This document shows positions 1-8,621 of a stretch of DNA of 32,000 bases, piece after piece. Within the stretch, counting starts at the first letter, position 1; each line of letters opens with the position of its first letter. A program made the translations under genes and the position numbers. The notes beneath the pieces were generated by a model. The model made no database searches. It saw only the letters and a list, made by a program, of their open reading frames with translations, and was not told where the DNA came from. Source of the DNA: an uncultured archaeon (lineage in GTDB: Archaea > Asgardarchaeota > Lokiarchaeia > Sigyniarchaeales > Promethearchaeaceae); contig CAYRPF010000021.1 of the NCBI GenBank assembly GCA_964426185.1, positions 1 to 32,000 on the forward strand. The letters are read 5' to 3'.

Positions 1-2
1 CC

Positions 3-656
3 CACTTGAAAATCGTTTTTCAATAAAATTTCGGAGTAAGATATTGATTTCTCTGAAACCGCTTTCATGACGCGGCCTGCAATCGGCATTGGACGTTTAA
101 TGTAAAATTTTATTCCATTCCAAACGATTCCATTATGGCTGGCTGTTAAAACTATGACTAAATCGACCTCATCAAAAAGTTTTACACTTGCACTTGCATA
201 AGGGGTGCTCATCCTTGAATAAAATGGATCATCTTTAATTCTTTCAAGTTCATTTTGATATGTAGGTTTTTGAAAATAAATTTGATAATTATTATACGCC
301 AAAATTTTTGCAAAATATTCTAGAAGATAACTGGAAGATGGGCGATCATCTGAAACTAACAAAACCCCAGGTCTTTCTTTTTGAATTTCCTCTTTTGCGA
401 CTTCACTGATGGCCCGAAATGCCCGTAAAAATAGAAACTGTTTTGAAATCGGCATGAACAGAGTTTTTTCATCCTTTAAATCATATATTTCCATACGTAA
501 GCCAGATGTAGGAGGTACTAAGGGATTTAGGATACTCTCCATTTCAGTTGTCAATGGTGGCAAAATAATTCGATCAAATTGGTCGAATTGGTCCAAATTC
601 CCAAATGATTCTTTCTTTTCGAAGGTTAGTGGTTCATGGATAGTGTTGTAGTGCAT
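3..656 (-). CDS. Alpha-D-phosphohexomutase (phosphoglucomutase/phosphomannomutase family), N-terminal part; runs off the window's left edge
   Basis: Manual translation from ATG at 656: MHYNTIHEP...PPTSGLRM...LLVSDDRPSS...STPY...IVLTASHNGIVWNGIKFY. Contains the TASHN phosphoserine motif, the D-x-R motif and NGIKF. Not in the ORF track because it is truncated. Confidence 0.85.
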   Translation of the reverse strand, partial: MHYNTIHEPLTFEKKESFGNLDQFDQFDRIILPPLTTEMESILNPLVPPTSGLRMEIYDLKDEKTLFMPISKQFLFLRAFRAISEVAKEEIQKERPGVLLVSDDRPSSSYLLEYFAKILAYNNYQIYFQKPTYQNELERIKDDPFYSRMSTPYASASVKLFDEVDLVIVLTASHNGIVWNGIKFYIKRPMPIAGRVMKAVSEKSISYSEILLKNDFQV

Positions 657-748
657 TGAGGTTTCACCTTTATTATAATTTCAATATTATTATTATTTTC
701 ATCATCTATCATTTATGCAGAGAAAAAAATTTTAGTCATTGATTACCT

Positions 749-1657
749 TTATGTGCGCAATCCATCTTGCTTATTGATTATCTCGATCTGTTTCTTTAAA
801 ATTTCGTGAATTATTACTCGATAATCTGGTTTAATAGAAATCATGCCATATGTGGGGACCTGCAAGATTTTCTCCACAAATTGAGGTGTCAAGCGATTGG
901 GTAAATCCTGCTTATTTGCAATTCCAATTATTATCGCCTCTTTATAACGCTTGATGAGAAACTTATCCAAAATTTTCTTAGTCTCTTGTACATTGGTGTA
1001 TGTCGAATCTGTAACAAGTAAAACAATTCGAGTTCCGCGCAAAAGACTATTCCAGAGATCTGTGAATTGGATCTGACCAGCAAAATCCCATAGCACAATT
1101 TTTCGAGGACCTAATTTTTCATAATTGGCAATGTCGGCCGTAATTGTTGGCACATATTCTAAATTTACTTCTTCTCCTACAATCAAGCGAGTTAAAGTGG
1201 TTTTTCCTACTCCTGCATATCCTAGAATTGAAACTTTAATCGGACCCAATATTATTTTATCAATTTCCGAGTTAAAATCTCGAAAAATCGTACGTTCTCC
1301 ATCCCAATCGTTATTTTTAAACACTTTATGGTATCTTTCCCAAAAACCTTCAATGATTGTTTCAATTTTTGGCGAAATTTCTTCTTCTTTATCATGAATA
1401 TCTGTGCAAATCACAACAATAATGTTATGAGCAATGCTATAAATGAATTTGGAATTTCCAGTTATCGTGGATTTTATTTCGGATTGGGAGATCTCCATCA
1501 TAAATCCAGAAAAAGCGCTAAGAAACCCTGCTAATAAATCTTGGTCTACCTTTGTGGCGCCGTATTCGCGGAATAATAAAGATTTTCCATCAACGGTGAG
1601 AATATTTACGTGTTTGATTGTCATAAATTCCACCATGATTGGGTTAGTGTTATGCAC
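749..1657 (-). CDS. Longin-domain + Arf-like small GTPase fusion (start may be ATG 1624, MTIKH)
   Basis: N-terminal longin-like pattern (ILTVDGKSLLFREY...DQDLLAGFLSAF...FIYS...IIVVICTD...F.ERY...FRDF). C-terminal G1 GYAGVGKT, G2 YVPT, G3 WDFAGQ, G4 NKQD. Confidence 0.9.
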   Translation of the reverse strand: MHNTNPIMVEFMTIKHVNILTVDGKSLLFREYGATKVDQDLLAGFLSAFSGFMMEISQSEIKSTITGNSKFIYSIAHNIIVVICTDIHDKEEEISPKIETIIEGFWERYHKVFKNNDWDGERTIFRDFNSEIDKIILGPIKVSILGYAGVGKTTLTRLIVGEEVNLEYVPTITADIANYEKLGPRKIVLWDFAGQIQFTDLWNSLLRGTRIVLLVTDSTYTNVQETKKILDKFLIKRYKEAIIIGIANKQDLPNRLTPQFVEKILQVPTYGMISIKPDYRVIIHEILKKQIEIINKQDGLRT

Positions 1658-1667
1658 TTTTCATGGG

Positions 1668-1727
1668 CAAAAGTATTTTGAAGTAGAAATACAAGTATTA
1701 TTTATCAAGCTCAACTAAATACTTTTG
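1668..1727. promoter_or_regulatory. 11-bp perfect inverted repeat (CAAAAGTATTT...AAATACTTTTG) in a divergent promoter region
   Basis: Arms at 1668-1678 and 1717-1727; further AAGTA copies at 1681 and 1693. Regulatory role is inferred from position only. Confidence 0.4.
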
Positions 1728-1741
1728 GATGTGCGATTTTA

Positions 1742-2383
1742 ATGGATTATAACAACCCCCGGATAGCTGAGAAAATTGGGAAAATGGAAAAACAACTTCA
1801 TAATTTTGGAGAAATATTACAGAAGTTCGGTTTAGATTTGATTCAATCAATTGGTGAAATGAAACACAACCTTTCGGTTCTTTCAGATAAAGTTGAAAAA
1901 ATTGAGAATGAATTAATTGAATTGAAAGGTTTACGAAACCAGTTGCAAGAAAATAATAGACTGCGTGAAGAAATAATTGTAAAAAGCAATACAATTGAAA
2001 AACAAGTTCGTTTGTTAAATTCTAAAATGGACCAATTTCAACAAGGTTCGTTTCCAAATGATTCTCTTTCGATGCTTTCAAATCCCACTCAATCCCAATC
2101 AGTAAATAAAAAGGGATCTACTAACGAGGATTCAAATAATCCGGAGCAAATTATTCAAAAATATCTATCCAAGATAGAAAATCTGCCAGATTATAAGGCA
2201 GGTCTTCAATTTTTGAAAAAATTACGTGAAGAAATCTATTTAGCGACCGGTGGTCATAGAATTTTGCTGGAAATTCGTAGTTTCGAGAAAACAATGGAAG
2301 AACAGAATAAAAAGCAACCTTGGGAATCAATTCAAGCAGATTTAAGAAATAAATTGAAAAAATGGAATGATGAATTAAACTAA
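1742..2383 (+). CDS. Hypothetical coiled-coil protein with a C-terminal helical domain
   Basis: Heptad-rich N-terminal ~100 aa, S/N/Q-rich linker, C-terminal helical bundle ending LRNKLKKWNDELN. Confidence 0.8.
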   Translation: MDYNNPRIAEKIGKMEKQLHNFGEILQKFGLDLIQSIGEMKHNLSVLSDKVEKIENELIELKGLRNQLQENNRLREEIIVKSNTIEKQVRLLNSKMDQFQQGSFPNDSLSMLSNPTQSQSVNKKGSTNEDSNNPEQIIQKYLSKIENLPDYKAGLQFLKKLREEIYLATGGHRILLEIRSFEKTMEEQNKKQPWESIQADLRNKLKKWNDELN

Positions 2384-2428
2384 TTTTTCATGATTATTTT
2401 TTCTTGATCAAACTTGATCACATTTAAA

Positions 2429-3235
2429 TTAGCTGTGGAATATGTCTTTTTCTTTTCGTTTATAACCTTCAATAACCATTTTCTGCAGTTCCGTCTTTTT
2501 CTCTAATTCTTTATTTTTCTTTTCTAAACTTGTGATTTTTTCTTGTAATTCTTCAATTTGATGATCAGAATCTTCTAATTGATTTTTTAACCCGGTTTTT
2601 TCCTTTTGCAATTGTTCATTTTGGTCAAATAACGAGGTAACTTGTTCCTGCAGATGGCGAATTCCCTCATCAATTTCAGTATATTTTTCTGTTTGCAATA
2701 TGGCTTGTTTCAATCTATTCCTTAATCCATCAATGATCTTTTCGTATTCCGATGCTCTTTTTTGCAGTTCTTCCTTGATAAGTTGCTCCATCTCTTTTAT
2801 TTTTGTTTTCAGTGCACGATTTTGCACTTGGACTGCTTCAACTTGTTCTTCAGCTTCTACTTGAGTTCGTAATGCAGTTTGTTGTAATGCTCGATTCTCT
2901 TCATGGAGCGATTCAATTTCAAGCTTTAGCTGCATTATTTGCTCCCTCAACTTTTCATTGGGAGTATCTAATTCAATTTCATGTATTAGAGTGGTCTCAT
3001 TTAGCGGTTTATCCATTTGTAAAAATTGGTATAAGCGTAGTAAATTTCGGGCCGTAATTTCAGCTTTCTTTTCAAAATTCACATTTGAATATATTCTCTC
3101 TTTCTTCTCTGAATTGTATGAAGCTTTTTTGGGCGCTGGTGGGATAGGTAAATTTTGCTTTTTTTTTACGGATGACTTTTTAGAAGTTTTTTTTTTGGAG
3201 TGTGTTTTCTTAGCTGAAGATTTTTTGGGGTTCAC
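2429..3235 (-). CDS. Long coiled-coil protein with Lys/Ser-rich N-terminus and a short Pro-rich motif
   Basis: GTG start preceded by AGAAGGA. N-terminus KKSSAKKTHSKKK...LPIPPAPKK, then ~170 aa of continuous E/Q/K/L heptads. Confidence 0.8.
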   Translation of the reverse strand: MNPKKSSAKKTHSKKKTSKKSSVKKKQNLPIPPAPKKASYNSEKKERIYSNVNFEKKAEITARNLLRLYQFLQMDKPLNETTLIHEIELDTPNEKLREQIMQLKLEIESLHEENRALQQTALRTQVEAEEQVEAVQVQNRALKTKIKEMEQLIKEELQKRASEYEKIIDGLRNRLKQAILQTEKYTEIDEGIRHLQEQVTSLFDQNEQLQKEKTGLKNQLEDSDHQIEELQEKITSLEKKNKELEKKTELQKMVIEGYKRKEKDIFHS

Positions 3236-3314
3236 CGTAATTCCTTCTCATGTAATGATAATTCAATATTAATTAATCATTATTAATCATTATTAGATTT
3301 ATTCAATGTATTCA

Positions 3315-3393
3315 AGTAACATTAGAAAATTATATGAGTAATAAAAAGAAAGTTTTGAAAAAAGAATAGTAACAATTTATAATGATAGTAACA
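3315..3393 (+). promoter_or_regulatory. Repeated AGTAACA motifs upstream of the HTH-MIPS gene (candidate operator)
   Basis: AGTAACA at 3315, 3368 and 3387, variant AGTAATA at 3338. The two ATAGTAACA copies flank TTTATAAT (3376-3383). Confidence 0.4.
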
Positions 3394-3427
3394 TAGAATT
3401 TACATATAATTTTAAATAGGGATTGTT

Positions 3428-4612
3428 ATGCCAAGAAAAGTGAATGACGATGAAATTTTGAGATATTTAGAGGAACACACGTATGATGAAACCATGGAAC
3501 ATTATGGAATCAGTCGTATGACAATTGCACGTATTCGAAAAAGAAATAAAATCAAATTTTCTCCAAATAAGATAAAATTAGCTATTGCAGGGATTGGAAA
3601 CGCGGCATCTGCATTGATCCAAGGTATTGAATATTATAAATCTCGTGGAAAAAATGTTGGTTTGCTCCACCCTACATTAGCAGGATACCATATATCCGAT
3701 ATTGAAGTTGTTGCAGCGTTTGATATTTCAAAAAAAAAAGTTGGAAAAGATATCTGTGAAGCGGTTTTTGCCAATGATCTCCCTCAATATATAGATATTC
3801 CTAAAACTGGAGTTAACGTTGAAATGGGAGATATTTTAGATGGAGTTATTGATGAAACCCGTCAAATCATTGAACCTGCTGATCTAACCCCCATTGATGT
3901 GGTTGCTTCATTAAAGAAAAGCGAAGCTGAAATTTTACTTTGTCTTCTTCCCTCCGGCTCCGATCGAGCTGTGAATTATTATGCTGAGCAAGCACTGAAT
4001 GCTGGGTGTGCTTTTATTAATGGAACCCCCTCTTCAATCGCAAATAATAAAAATTTGGTGCGCAAGTTCTATAATAAAGGACTACCTATAGTTGGCGATG
4101 ATTTACAAGATCAGTTTGGAGCGACTATTGTTCATAAGTTAATTTTACAGCAAATGCTTCACCAAGGGTTAGATGTTAAAGAAAGCTATGCATTAGATGT
4201 TGGCGGAGGTGCTGAAAGTTTAAATACAATTCATCGTTCTCGAGCAATAAAGCGCGAAATAAAAAGTGAAACGGTCTCTGCTTCTTTAAATATTGATGCG
4301 CCAATAGTTGCGGGAACCTCCGATTATGTGCCCCATATGAAAAATGGGCGCAATTCGATGCTTTGGATAGTTGGAAAAGGCTTCTTAGGTAATGAAATTA
4401 TCATGGATATAAAAATTCAAAGTCAAGATGGTCCTAATGGAGGGAGCGTGCTTGCTGATGTCGTTCGTGCTACTAAAATTGCCCTACTTCAAGGAGAGGC
4501 CGGAGCAATCAATGAAATTTCTTGTTATGGGTTTAAACATCCCCCACAAGGCACAGAAAGTCCCGAAAAAGCGCTTAAAATGCTGGCAGATTTCGTTTTA
4601 GGAAGAAAATGA
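3428..4612 (+). CDS. ino1: Myo-inositol-1-phosphate synthase with an N-terminal helix-turn-helix extension
   Basis: Rossmann motif IAGIGNAASALIQG, VAAFDI, LPSGS, AFING.P, GDDL..QFGAT, DGPNGGSV.ADVVR, YGFKHPP. N-terminal ~40 aa (TYDETMEHYGISRMTIARIRKR) is HTH-like. Confidence 0.88.
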   Translation: MPRKVNDDEILRYLEEHTYDETMEHYGISRMTIARIRKRNKIKFSPNKIKLAIAGIGNAASALIQGIEYYKSRGKNVGLLHPTLAGYHISDIEVVAAFDISKKKVGKDICEAVFANDLPQYIDIPKTGVNVEMGDILDGVIDETRQIIEPADLTPIDVVASLKKSEAEILLCLLPSGSDRAVNYYAEQALNAGCAFINGTPSSIANNKNLVRKFYNKGLPIVGDDLQDQFGATIVHKLILQQMLHQGLDVKESYALDVGGGAESLNTIHRSRAIKREIKSETVSASLNIDAPIVAGTSDYVPHMKNGRNSMLWIVGKGFLGNEIIMDIKIQSQDGPNGGSVLADVVRATKIALLQGEAGAINEISCYGFKHPPQGTESPEKALKMLADFVLGRK

Positions 4613-4639
4613 AAGTAAAAACTATTTAATCTTTTTTCC

Positions 4640-6382
4640 TTATTGGGTGTTAAATAGACCAGGAAAATAGAATTTCTCCCGTTGATTGTATTTAATCAAG
4701 TTAATTTCATATAAACGCTTGATAAATGGTTCGATCTGCTGAGTTTTCCAACCTAAGGCTTGTTCCATCTCTTGATAATTCATTTCACCATGTAGAATAA
4801 ATTGTTTGATGATTTTAATGCATTCGTCTGAAAGTTCTAAATTCTCGAATAAAAAGGCTTGGACCCCGCTTTGTTCAATTTCTCTTATAATTATATGCCT
4901 ATTTTTCAATTCCTGAATTAAATCTGTCCATTCAGAATCAAGCATTTCCTGCATTCCTTCTTGTTGGGAATAGTATCTTAAGGCTTGAAAAACAATTAAT
5001 CCCCCTGTGGAAGGCTTGAATTTTGCAAAAACATTCTCAATGATTTGCACTTTATCATCAAAATCATGATTAACTTCAGGGGGTGTGGCAATAGATTTTG
5101 GAAGAGATGTTTTTTCTGGTTTATTAGGCAAAGTCTGTATTTTAGGTCTAGGCGTGGCTTTGATTTTTTTTAATCGTTCCATATCTTCCTGTTCGCTTTG
5201 TTTTTCTGCTGTTTTACGCGCTTTTTGTGCTTCTTTTTGAGCTTTAAGCCTGGCTTCTTGTAGTAATTTTTCTTGTTGCTCTTTTAAACGCTTTTCTTCC
5301 TGTTTCTTTTTCTTCTCTTTTAGAGATTGCTCAAATTTTCGCTTTTCTTCTGCGAGTTTTGCCTTTTCTAATGCTTTTTCTTTCTTTTTCTGTTCTACTT
5401 TTTTGAAATGATCATTTAACTCTGCCAATTCCTCTTGAGTAATCAATCCGGGAGAAGTTATAACATTTTCTTCGATTTGAATAAAATTTTTGCTGACCAT
5501 TCCTTCTAATATTTCATTGAGATAATGGGGTTTCCATTGTGTAAATTGCAGTAATTTGTTAAAGGTTGCGGGAAAATTGTTTGCTAAGAAGAATAATACC
5601 ACTTTTTCTGGTACACTCAAAGTAATAGGTTCTTTAGAGAAGTTTAATAAAATCATATTTTCGTTAATCAAGATGATCTCTTTGATGGTATAAACTTCTT
5701 TCATAATTTTCAGAGTTTCCCGAAAGTTTTCATGGGTTAGGCTTTTAACTTTATGAAATGCATATGATTCTAACTTCTCTGCTTGAACAAACGGCATTTT
5801 CTTAAATTCATGCTCTTTAATAATTTTCTGCAGTTTTTGAGAAATGGAGTCATAAAACATCCCTACTCCCATATCATATGCTTTCTTTTCATCAGGGTGA
5901 TAATGGGTTAAATCGAGGGATTCCAATGAAGAAATTGTTTGCATTAAATTTTGCAAGTCTACCATAGTTTCTGAAGCAGTTCGAGGTGTTGCATCGAATA
6001 ATTCCTCGTTAAATTCGCTGTATAATCGTTCTCCTTCAGAAATTAATTGCTCTTCTTCAATTGGGGTGCTAAACGTGTTTGTTGTACTAATTTCGGGTTC
6101 GGTGATAATATTCTCTACTTGGGCAATTTGTTCTTGAATAGCAGCAATTTCTCGTTTTTGAAAATGATCGTTCAAAGTCTCTTGTGCCTCAATAATTTCA
6201 GAGTTTGGAAAATTGGAAGAAGATTGAGATGATTCTTCAGAATTTTCTTCAATTTTTAAAGATTCAGTGAATTTATGTGTTTTTATTTCAGAAATCTGAC
6301 TTAGAATTAGATAGATATAGTAGGCTACAATTAACCCGAAAGAAATTATAAGTTCAATTCTTATTGAAACCATTTTTCCCAA
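4640..6382 (-). CDS. Membrane-anchored protein with two ESCRT-II Vps22/EAP30-like winged-helix modules (start may be ATG 6373)
   Basis: N-terminal TM helix (LIISFGLIVAYYIYLIL). Module 1: MGVGMFYDSISQKL...QWKPHYLNEILEGMV...SPGL. Charged linker. Module 2: STGGLIVFQAL...ELSDE...LGWK...IKRL...FYFPGLF. Confidence 0.7.
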   Translation of the reverse strand: MGKMVSIRIELIISFGLIVAYYIYLILSQISEIKTHKFTESLKIEENSEESSQSSSNFPNSEIIEAQETLNDHFQKREIAAIQEQIAQVENIITEPEISTTNTFSTPIEEEQLISEGERLYSEFNEELFDATPRTASETMVDLQNLMQTISSLESLDLTHYHPDEKKAYDMGVGMFYDSISQKLQKIIKEHEFKKMPFVQAEKLESYAFHKVKSLTHENFRETLKIMKEVYTIKEIILINENMILLNFSKEPITLSVPEKVVLFFLANNFPATFNKLLQFTQWKPHYLNEILEGMVSKNFIQIEENVITSPGLITQEELAELNDHFKKVEQKKKEKALEKAKLAEEKRKFEQSLKEKKKKQEEKRLKEQQEKLLQEARLKAQKEAQKARKTAEKQSEQEDMERLKKIKATPRPKIQTLPNKPEKTSLPKSIATPPEVNHDFDDKVQIIENVFAKFKPSTGGLIVFQALRYYSQQEGMQEMLDSEWTDLIQELKNRHIIIREIEQSGVQAFLFENLELSDECIKIIKQFILHGEMNYQEMEQALGWKTQQIEPFIKRLYEINLIKYNQREKFYFPGLFNTQ

Positions 6383-6527
6383 GGTTACTTTAACTTTGGT
6401 TCTTATTATTATTTCCTTCCGGATCCTTCCGAAATAGATTTAGGTGATACGGAATATCAGCTCCTTGTATAAAATAGGATAAATATGATTATGGAGATAA
6501 GAATAATTAACTAATGGTGATTTTTGA

Positions 6528-7112
6528 ATGGCAGACTATCAAGAGAATTTTGGTGAAAAAAATTTAGCTATTGTCGAACGGGCAAAAAAAGCCTATGCTG
6601 AAGGGCATTATGAAAAAGCAATTAAGTTATTTGAACGATCGATTGAAATCTGCGAATCTCAAAATTGGACCGATGGAGTTCGTTATGCAACTGGAATGAT
6701 TGAAGATGCAGAAGAAATGCTTAAGTTACAAAAGGAAGAAGAACAACTTTTAGCTCATGAACATGAACAAGAATTAGAAGAACAAGAAGTTCTTCTTGAG
6801 AAGGAAGAACCACATCCCACGGAAATATCAAAAACTCCAGATGAAACAATTAAACCAGAACTTGAAAGAATTCCCAAAGAAGAGATCAAACCTAAAAAAA
6901 CAGCACAAATTTCCAATTCAAGTGATGAAATCCCGATTTTAATCCAAAAAGGATCAGGACGTTTGACCTGTCCCAAATGCGGAAATTCCCAAAGAAATAT
7001 GATTCGTGAAGTTGTTGATAAAAGCCACATTATTATGGATTATCCATTAATTTATGGTAAAAAATATATCTGCGGAAAATGCGGAACCCATTGGCGCCGT
7101 GCGGAAGAATAA
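6528..7112 (+). CDS. MIT/TPR-like helical domain + acidic linker + C-terminal C4 zinc ribbon
   Basis: N-terminal AIVERAKKAYAEGHYEKAIKLFERSIE; C-terminal CPKCG...CGKCG; GGTGA RBS upstream. Confidence 0.75.
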   Translation: MADYQENFGEKNLAIVERAKKAYAEGHYEKAIKLFERSIEICESQNWTDGVRYATGMIEDAEEMLKLQKEEEQLLAHEHEQELEEQEVLLEKEEPHPTEISKTPDETIKPELERIPKEEIKPKKTAQISNSSDEIPILIQKGSGRLTCPKCGNSQRNMIREVVDKSHIIMDYPLIYGKKYICGKCGTHWRRAEE

Positions 7113-7157
7113 TTTTGTAGTGAATAGTTTTATTAACAATTCCATTCAATTAGATTT

Positions 7158-7994
7158 ATGGACTGGACATTAATTCTAATAGGAACCCTTGCTTCTTTGG
7201 GGGCTGGTTTAGCTACCGGATTAGGCGCAGTTCCCGTTTTTTTTAAAAAGAATATTTCTGAAAAAAAACTCGATATGCTCTTGGGATTTGCTTCAGGAGT
7301 TATGTTGGCTGCTTCAGCATTCAGTCTACTTGTGCCCGCGCTTAATTTGAATCCAGAAGAAGGTGGTGCTCCGCATTTTAACTCTGTAATGATCCAAGAC
7401 ATATGGACAGTCTTAATTGTTGTACTAGGAGTGATTATTGGAGCCGTCTTTCTTGATTTTATAGATAAATGGGCTCCACATGAACATTTTGTCAAAGGTC
7501 CCGAGGGTAAATTTACCAAAAAACTGGCTGCCATATGGCTCTTCATCATTGCAATTACGATCCACAACTTTCCTGAAGGTCTTGCAGTAGGAGTTAGCTT
7601 TAGCGGCGGAGAGACTAGTAAAATCGCCTCTGGATTGGTGGTCGCCATTGCTATCGGTTTACAGAACATTCCCGAAGGGACTGCGGTTGCAATGCCTTTG
7701 GTGCAGGAGGGATATTCTCAGAAAAAATCTTTTATCATCGCAACGTTTACTGGCTTAGTGGAGCCAGTAGGCGCGTTTATTGGAGTTGCATTAGTCAATA
7801 TTACGAAATTTTTTCTGGGATTTGGGATGGCTTTTGCTGCTGGGGCAATGATTTTTGTAGTGGTTGATGAGATAATCCCGGAAACGCAAGGAAAAGAGCA
7901 TTCAAGGCAAGTAACTTTTGGGGTGATTTTAGGTTTTGTGTTGATGATGTTTTTGGATAATTTCATCGAACCCGTAATCGCTAGCTTACTTTAA
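7158..7994 (+). CDS. zupT: ZIP family zinc/divalent metal transporter (ZupT/GufA type)
   Basis: GFASGVMLAAS, PHEH, HNFPEGLAVG, QNIPEG, EPVGA, AAGAMIFVVVDEIIPE. Confidence 0.93.
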   Translation: MDWTLILIGTLASLGAGLATGLGAVPVFFKKNISEKKLDMLLGFASGVMLAASAFSLLVPALNLNPEEGGAPHFNSVMIQDIWTVLIVVLGVIIGAVFLDFIDKWAPHEHFVKGPEGKFTKKLAAIWLFIIAITIHNFPEGLAVGVSFSGGETSKIASGLVVAIAIGLQNIPEGTAVAMPLVQEGYSQKKSFIIATFTGLVEPVGAFIGVALVNITKFFLGFGMAFAAGAMIFVVVDEIIPETQGKEHSRQVTFGVILGFVLMMFLDNFIEPVIASLL

Positions 7995-8050
7995 ATTCAT
8001 TGTTCATACTATGTAATGAGATCTTCACCTTTTTTTTTATTCATAAATAA

Positions 8051-8524
8051 ATGAATCTCTTTTTCAGTAGAAAGCAAAATACAAATAAAACTTCGAGATT
8101 ATATTGTATTATGAGTCATCGAAATTCCGATAATACTTCATCGGATTCTTTTAAACCAAGATTTGAAATTACCCCTTTTTCAAGATATTTTTACTTTATT
8201 TTATCATTAATTGTTCTGGGATTCATAGCTTTTCTGGTGATTTTAAACACGCTTATTAGTTGGTGGTATATTTTCTTTATATTGGTTCCTTTATTGGGTC
8301 TTGCCTTGGAAATTTTTGTATTTTTGAAGAAAGTCGTGTATTTGCGATGGTCTGCCTTGGGAATCACAGTTTTGGGTTATATTATGTTATTTTTGCTGAA
8401 TTCTGAGCCATTTTCTTATGTATTTCCATTTGTCTCCGTCGCCTCGATTGTTTTTATCGTGATTAGTATATTGATATTTATCAAAAATTATAACGATACT
8501 CGATTTCCATTTAGGAATAGATAA
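8051..8524 (+). CDS. Small integral membrane protein, about 4 TM (start probably ATG 8111)
   Basis: Four hydrophobic segments; no family motif recognised. Confidence 0.7.
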   Translation: MNLFFSRKQNTNKTSRLYCIMSHRNSDNTSSDSFKPRFEITPFSRYFYFILSLIVLGFIAFLVILNTLISWWYIFFILVPLLGLALEIFVFLKKVVYLRWSALGITVLGYIMLFLLNSEPFSYVFPFVSVASIVFIVISILIFIKNYNDTRFPFRNR

Positions 8525-8621
8525 CTTATGAAAAAAGTATTTGGAGAGGATCCTTTTTTCACGCTTATTCACAAAATCGAACAAAAAGCTTTTAGAAGTC
8601 CCTTTCGCAACTTAACACATA

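Noticed and set aside
409-651. 80-aa plus-strand ORF, and other short antisense or nested ORFs in the track (e.g. 1125-1397, 7133-7669, 10207-10491, 29065-29364, 31478-31774)
   Set aside because: They are shadows of well-supported genes on the opposite strand or in another frame, with no recognisable motifs.
2403-2420. CTTGATCA direct repeat x2 between convergent genes
   Set aside because: Only two short copies, located at gene 3' ends; not a CRISPR array and not a credible operator.
2429-3235. SMC, ESCRT-III or SNARE identity for the coiled-coil protein
   Set aside because: No Walker motifs, no C-terminal TM anchor and no recognisable Snf7 pattern; only a generic coiled coil is supportable.
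6410-6460. TCCTTCCG x2 and small hairpins in the divergent intergenic region
   Set aside because: Too short and weak to support an RNA or operator call.
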